DNA from: Conidiobolus incongruus B7586
Taxonomy: Eukaryota
Direction of reading: 5' to 3'
Assembly: GCA_000697335.1 (NCBI GenBank)
Contig: JNEM01008672.1
Location: 1 to 44,401, forward strand
Length of the DNA stretch: 44,401 nt
A program made the position numbers and the translations under genes. Each line of letters begins with the position of its first letter. Position 1 is the stretch's first letter. Below, piece after piece: positions 39,785-44,401 of the stretch. The notes under the pieces are model-generated. The model was not told the origin of the DNA. It ran no database searches and saw nothing but the letters and a program-made list of their open reading frames with translations.

Positions 39785-41825
39785 TTATTTCCTTTTCTCT
39801 AGGATACAAACCTTATCAGTTTGGATTATTTGATTAGGTAATAAATGAAGCATTAACTCGTCCTAATTTTTTAAATTCAGTTTTTTAAGGTTATCAGGAT
39901 AACTTTTATGAAGTTGAATTTGAACCTTATGGAATCCATTAATACACTCGATTGCCTCAAACTCTTCCATATCATGCTTACCCACTTCATTAGGCAATAA
40001 TACATTGTAATTTAAATATATTTTAGGATCTTTAATGTTTTGTGCTTTACTATACCTATATTTAATTAATAGTATTAATAATCTGATATCAATCAAGTAC
40101 ATTCATTAATTATAATGCATCCAATCATTTTTTAGTTCACCAAATCTACTACGCCAGTCATAGCCGTATAAGTATCTGAATGAATGTTTATTATAAAATC
40201 ACCTTAATATTAGAAATCAAATGAATATGTCATATTAAATTAATCAAACTACAATTATTTTGATCATGAAATAATTGATACATTCTTTGTAAATCATAGC
40301 CACTGGGATAATTTAAATGAGATATAACTCAAGTTGACATTAAAAAACCTTGTAAATGCTAATATTAATATAGTAAACTAATATTTAATAAATCTAATAT
40401 TAATCCATTTAAACCTATTCAATTGAAGCTAGTTAGCTAATGCAATGTAATGATTATTGAACATTAGATTACATTTTATCTCTAGTAATGGATGCAGTTA
40501 ACGAAAACAATGGGAAAGTATATTCGATAAAATGTCATCTTTTATGTCCCAAACATGACATAAATAAAGTATAAAAAATTGAAGGAATTAATATTAAATG
40601 ATCACTTGGATTGATCAACATTCCAATGATTGAAAATAAATATCACTAATGTAAAATTATTGATTAAAATCTATTGAAATAAGATAAAAAAGGCATCGTC
40701 TATAATATCAAATATCTTATTAGTTTGAATATCGTTTTGTGATTATTATTTCAATAACTTACTCCCCAAGCTTCACTTTTACCTAAAATGGCATTAAAGT
40801 AAAATACTTGACCTTCAGCCCACATGAATTTTGTTTTCCAAAAGAATGAATCAATAGGGATAACAATTACTAAATAATAATCAATTGGGTAAATATATTG
40901 AAATAATAAATCAATATGAAGTATACCTAAAGAAATCAAAATTGTTGAAATTGCTAACTTGATCAAATTTAAAATGAATTGAATATTTATAAATTTAATG
41001 TCTTGAATCATTTCGAATAGACAATAGAAACCTAATAAGAATAAGGTTTCCAATCTGAATACGATACTACTAATTATCGTCAAAACAAAGAATTGATTGA
41101 ATTTTTTATAATGACGTGACATTCCTTGATTATTTTATTTGTTTGGATCTGATTTTAAGTAACTTGACAAGTAGTAAGAGAATTCCATAATTGCTGATGG
41201 ATTAGTCAATATATATTTTCTTTGTTTTTTAATAAAAAATTATTCAGAATTAAGCTAAAGGAATTGGGCATCGTTCTAGAGCACCAGAACCAACTATGAA
41301 ATTGAGTTATGTTGCATAATATAAATCAATACCTTACCTTCGTATCATGTGTATTTAAAATAGAATTGAATAGCATAGTACATGATAAACTATTCAATAT
41401 TCCCAAAATCAATCTATCTATATAAATATTCATTAAGAGAAATATTAATATCGATATATATATCTTAAATGTCTAAATATTGATAAATAAACATATCATG
41501 TTCAATATCTAGCCAATTCAACAAAAATTGAATAGCTTTGATAAAGCTTGTTAAAATAAATGATCTCAAAAAAGTTCCAGGTACGACACCAAGGAATTCT
41601 AAATGGTCATACTAACATGTATATAAATACTGGTAAAAAATATTTCTAATAAATAGTAAATATTAACTTGTTCAATATCAATTCCAAATTCCAATAAATC
41701 ATGACTAGCTTGTAAATTAAAACTTTCAACATCCGTAAATGAAAAGGAGATAATACAAAGTGTTACAATTGAAAAGTTAATCAAAAAATAGTATTAACCA
41801 AGAGTGCTTTTTCAAATTTATTCAT
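39785..41825 (-). pseudogene. ALG12: Decayed ALG12 (Dol-P-Man:Man7GlcNAc2-PP-Dol alpha-1,6-mannosyltransferase, GT22)
   Basis: Colinear ALG12 motifs: FTDVESFNLQASHDLL, YDHLEFLGVVPGTF, TQFHSWFWCSRTMPN, IVFRLETLFLLG, IDSFFW..WAEGQVFYFNAILGKSEAWG, GHKR*HFI, LNYPSG, IHSDTYTAMTGV, YSKAQN, KVCILEKRK*. In-frame stops at 41135-41137, 40535-40537 and 39863-39865, among others. Confidence 0.82.
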
Positions 41826-41966
41826 TTGCTCAACAATATATCGTCATGTTTAAACAATGATACTTTAATAGAGTATTGGCATATTGATAAATTTATGGGT
41901 TATTTTGAAAATTCAGTTGTATGACTTATTCAAAACGTTTTACTTTATTAAAGGGTGAGTGCTTTA

Positions 41967-42906
41967 CTAGTGAGTCTCAATATCTTTTCCATCAGCTAAT
42001 AAGTGTAACTGATGCTGAATAGCATCTAAATGAGGATCATCAGCATTCGGAAATAAGGTCTTGACAGATTGATGGAGGTTTAAAAAGTATTCAATATTAG
42101 GACCGCTAGGACCGACACTTCTCAAAATATGCTCAGCTAATTCTCTATAAGGTGCAGGGCCCAAGTATGCTTCGTTATCTAATGTACCAATATAAACACT
42201 TGCCTATTGTGGTGATTTAATTAGCTTAAAATTAATATACAAAATTATTTGGTAAAAATACATTTCTAACTACTGGTTCAGCTTTATCAGGTTGATAAAT
42301 ATCTACTGTATGGCAAGAATAACCATTTTTCTCCCTATAATCCAAATGATTTTTGACTTCCTCTTTCTTGGATTTAGGAATCCTATATGCCATACCCCAA
42401 GTAATTAACTCTTCTTGGTCATTAATGTTAAAGTGATCTTCGTAGGTTTCTTTAATATCTTTATATTCATCAATGGGAATCAAAGTGACTACTCTTCCAG
42501 GAGCTTCAGGTGTACCTCTATGATCGTTACTACCCTAATAAGAATTTGTTTAGTTTTTCGGATAAAATAAATTAAATACATTAAATACTAACTTGCCAAA
42601 ATCTTCTTACAAAACCTTTAATATATCCAGGAACTCTACTCAAAACAATTAATAATATACTCAAAGTAAAAAGTGATAAATAAATATCAACCTTTCAACA
42701 GTAGGAAAGTCAACTTTCCAAATTAAACTACCGTAACCAAAAACCCACATTGGGTCTTCATCAAATTCATCTTCTTGAATTATCTCTTCTATTTGAGTGT
42801 TGATAATTTTTTCTACCTGCTCATTATTCAGTTTATTCAATTTTTGAGCATTATTAACTTCCACTTGGTTCAATTCAAGAGAATCAATAGTATCTTTGAT
42901 AGTCAT
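41967..42906 (-). CDS. GCG1: ChaC-family glutathione-specific gamma-glutamylcyclotransferase, 3 introns
   Basis: MWVFGYGSLIWK, GYIKGFVRRFWQ/GSNDHRGTPEAPGRVVTL, WGMAYRI, LDYREKNGY, GPSGPNIEYFLNL. Confidence 0.95.
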
Positions 42907-43388
42907 TTTAAAGACTTATTTTTTAGTTTTATATTTTTGTAAATTAATTAAATCATAAAGGATAATAAGGGTATTTATAGTGATTTTATTTTCCTTAGAT
43001 TGAATCCATTTAACGTAATTTTGCACCATTATTGCAATTGATTAATTATTAATCAATTAAATAAAATTCTCAAATTGTGTGATAATAAAATAATAATTTA
43101 TTGACTTTTTAATATAAACTAATTAGACATACGGAAAAATAATGTCTAATATTTTAATAATATGATATCAATGATTTGACTATATACCAGAACCATTATA
43201 TTAAATAATGATAAAGAGTAAAAAATATTAAATGAATCATTGAAAAAATCTATAAAAATAAGTTTTATAGTGGAATAATATATATTTTCAATTCACAAAG
43301 CAATTTCCATAGAGGATGTGTATTCAATATCAAAACAATTCATCACCAAGATATATTAATCAAAGTAAGCCTCGAGTTGATGTACATA

Positions 43389-44401
43389 TTAGCGACTACC
43401 GCCAAAGAATGAGTTTTGAGAATTGAGAGATTCTTGAGCTTGGTAAAAGTTTCTTTGGATGGTTGATCTAGGGTGAGGGTTGTTGCTCAAGGAAGCTCCA
43501 GGGAATACATTAGATGTAAAATTGGCATTGGGAGTATTACCAGCATGATTGTGAATAAAAGAATGGGTTTGAGCGTTATTTTTAATCAAATCTAGGATCT
43601 TGGCATCCAATTCGTTACTGTTGGAATTCAACTGTTCTAACGCTAAAAGGTGAGCATTTAAAATACCAAGAATTTGATTAACTGTTTCTGGCATCTGAGA
43701 TGATTCTTGGTCTGAGTAGGTCTTGGCTTCCTTCAAAATATCTTCGAGTTGCTTTTCGACAGTCTGTAAATCTTGAGCAAGAGAGTTTGCAGTGTTCATT
43801 GTGTTCTCTCTATAAATATCGGCAGAGCTGTGAGAAGTACCTTCTTGTTGCTGTTTCAAATTGTGGGCTTGAATCTTTTCATCAATCTTGGCTTCGTACT
43901 CATCTAAAATTTTGTTGAGCTCTTCTTGTTGAGCTAAAACGTATTCAATGTTGGAGTCAATGTTATTTTGCAGAGTGCTACATTCCTTCGAAGCTGAAAT
44001 TAATTGATTAATAGTTTTGGTATTCTCTCTAACAACTTGATCCCATTTGGATACCTCTTTAGCTTGAGTTAAAAATTCATCAGTAAGGTTTTTGACTTCA
44101 TTGGTCCATTCAGATAAAATATCTTGCATATCTTTTTTATGTAAAAGACTAGGGATAGTGGACTGAACTGAGCTAGAAATAGTTGGTACAGATGGTGTAG
44201 TAGATAAGGGGGTAGTAGTAAGAACAGCAGGAGGGTTGGACACATTGGAAGTACCCGTTAATGAAGCGCCAAAGCCAGTAGCAGGGGCGGTACCGGAGGT
44301 TGAAGTCGATCCAAATCCAAATCCGGGTTTAGGTTGAGATGAAGAATTAAGGTTGAATGAAAATCCTGTAGTCCCGGAAGAAGCAGGAGCAGCAGATGAA
44401 G
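43389..44401 (-). CDS. NSP1: Nucleoporin Nsp1/Nup62, 5' end outside window
   Basis: FSF/FGFG repeats at the window edge, followed by the Nsp1_C coiled coil: MQDILSEWTNEV, FLTQAKEVSKWD, IEYVLAQQEEL, QILGILNAHLLALE. Confidence 0.92.
   Translation of the reverse strand, partial: SSAAPASSGTTGFSFNLNSSSQPKPGFGFGSTSTSGTAPATGFGASLTGTSNVSNPPAVLTTTPLSTTPSVPTISSSVQSTIPSLLHKKDMQDILSEWTNEVKNLTDEFLTQAKEVSKWDQVVRENTKTINQLISASKECSTLQNNIDSNIEYVLAQQEELNKILDEYEAKIDEKIQAHNLKQQQEGTSHSSADIYRENTMNTANSLAQDLQTVEKQLEDILKEAKTYSDQESSQMPETVNQILGILNAHLLALEQLNSNSNELDAKILDLIKNNAQTHSFIHNHAGNTPNANFTSNVFPGASLSNNPHPRSTIQRNFYQAQESLNSQNSFFGGSR

Noticed and set aside
9600..41825. Alternative genetic code or stop-codon readthrough explaining the in-frame stops
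   Set aside because: All three stop types occur together with frameshifts and motif decay. Conserved genes in the window have no internal stops and end in TAA, TAG or TGA.

Overview
Very AT-rich eukaryotic genomic DNA with many short (~50-70 nt) GT-AG introns. Gene content and style suggest an early-diverging fungus, possibly Entomophthoromycotina/Conidiobolus-like (inference). Intact genes: a cAMP-receptor/Git3-like 7TM GPCR, an RNase P/MRP Pop3/Rpp38-like L7Ae subunit, an F-box/WD40 protein, a COQ11-like SDR, TSR4, BNA6 (QPRT), a TBC-domain protein lacking the Gln finger, TRAPPC11, a DUF6787-like probable mitochondrial membrane protein, SSU72, YPI1, a divergent GT31-like protein, ChaC, and the 3' part of NSP1/Nup62. 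Several pseudogenes lie among them: two tandem amidases, a GT31-like duplicate carrying a 402-bp tract identical to its neighbour, and a full-length, intron-containing, decayed ALG12. The most interesting non-coding signals are an isolated structured ~165-nt element with Pol III A/B-box-like motifs (25655-25820) and an oriented WCCCAYAA motif ~65-170 nt upstream of many housekeeping start codons. No CRISPR array, rRNA, canonical tRNA or recognisable transposon was seen.
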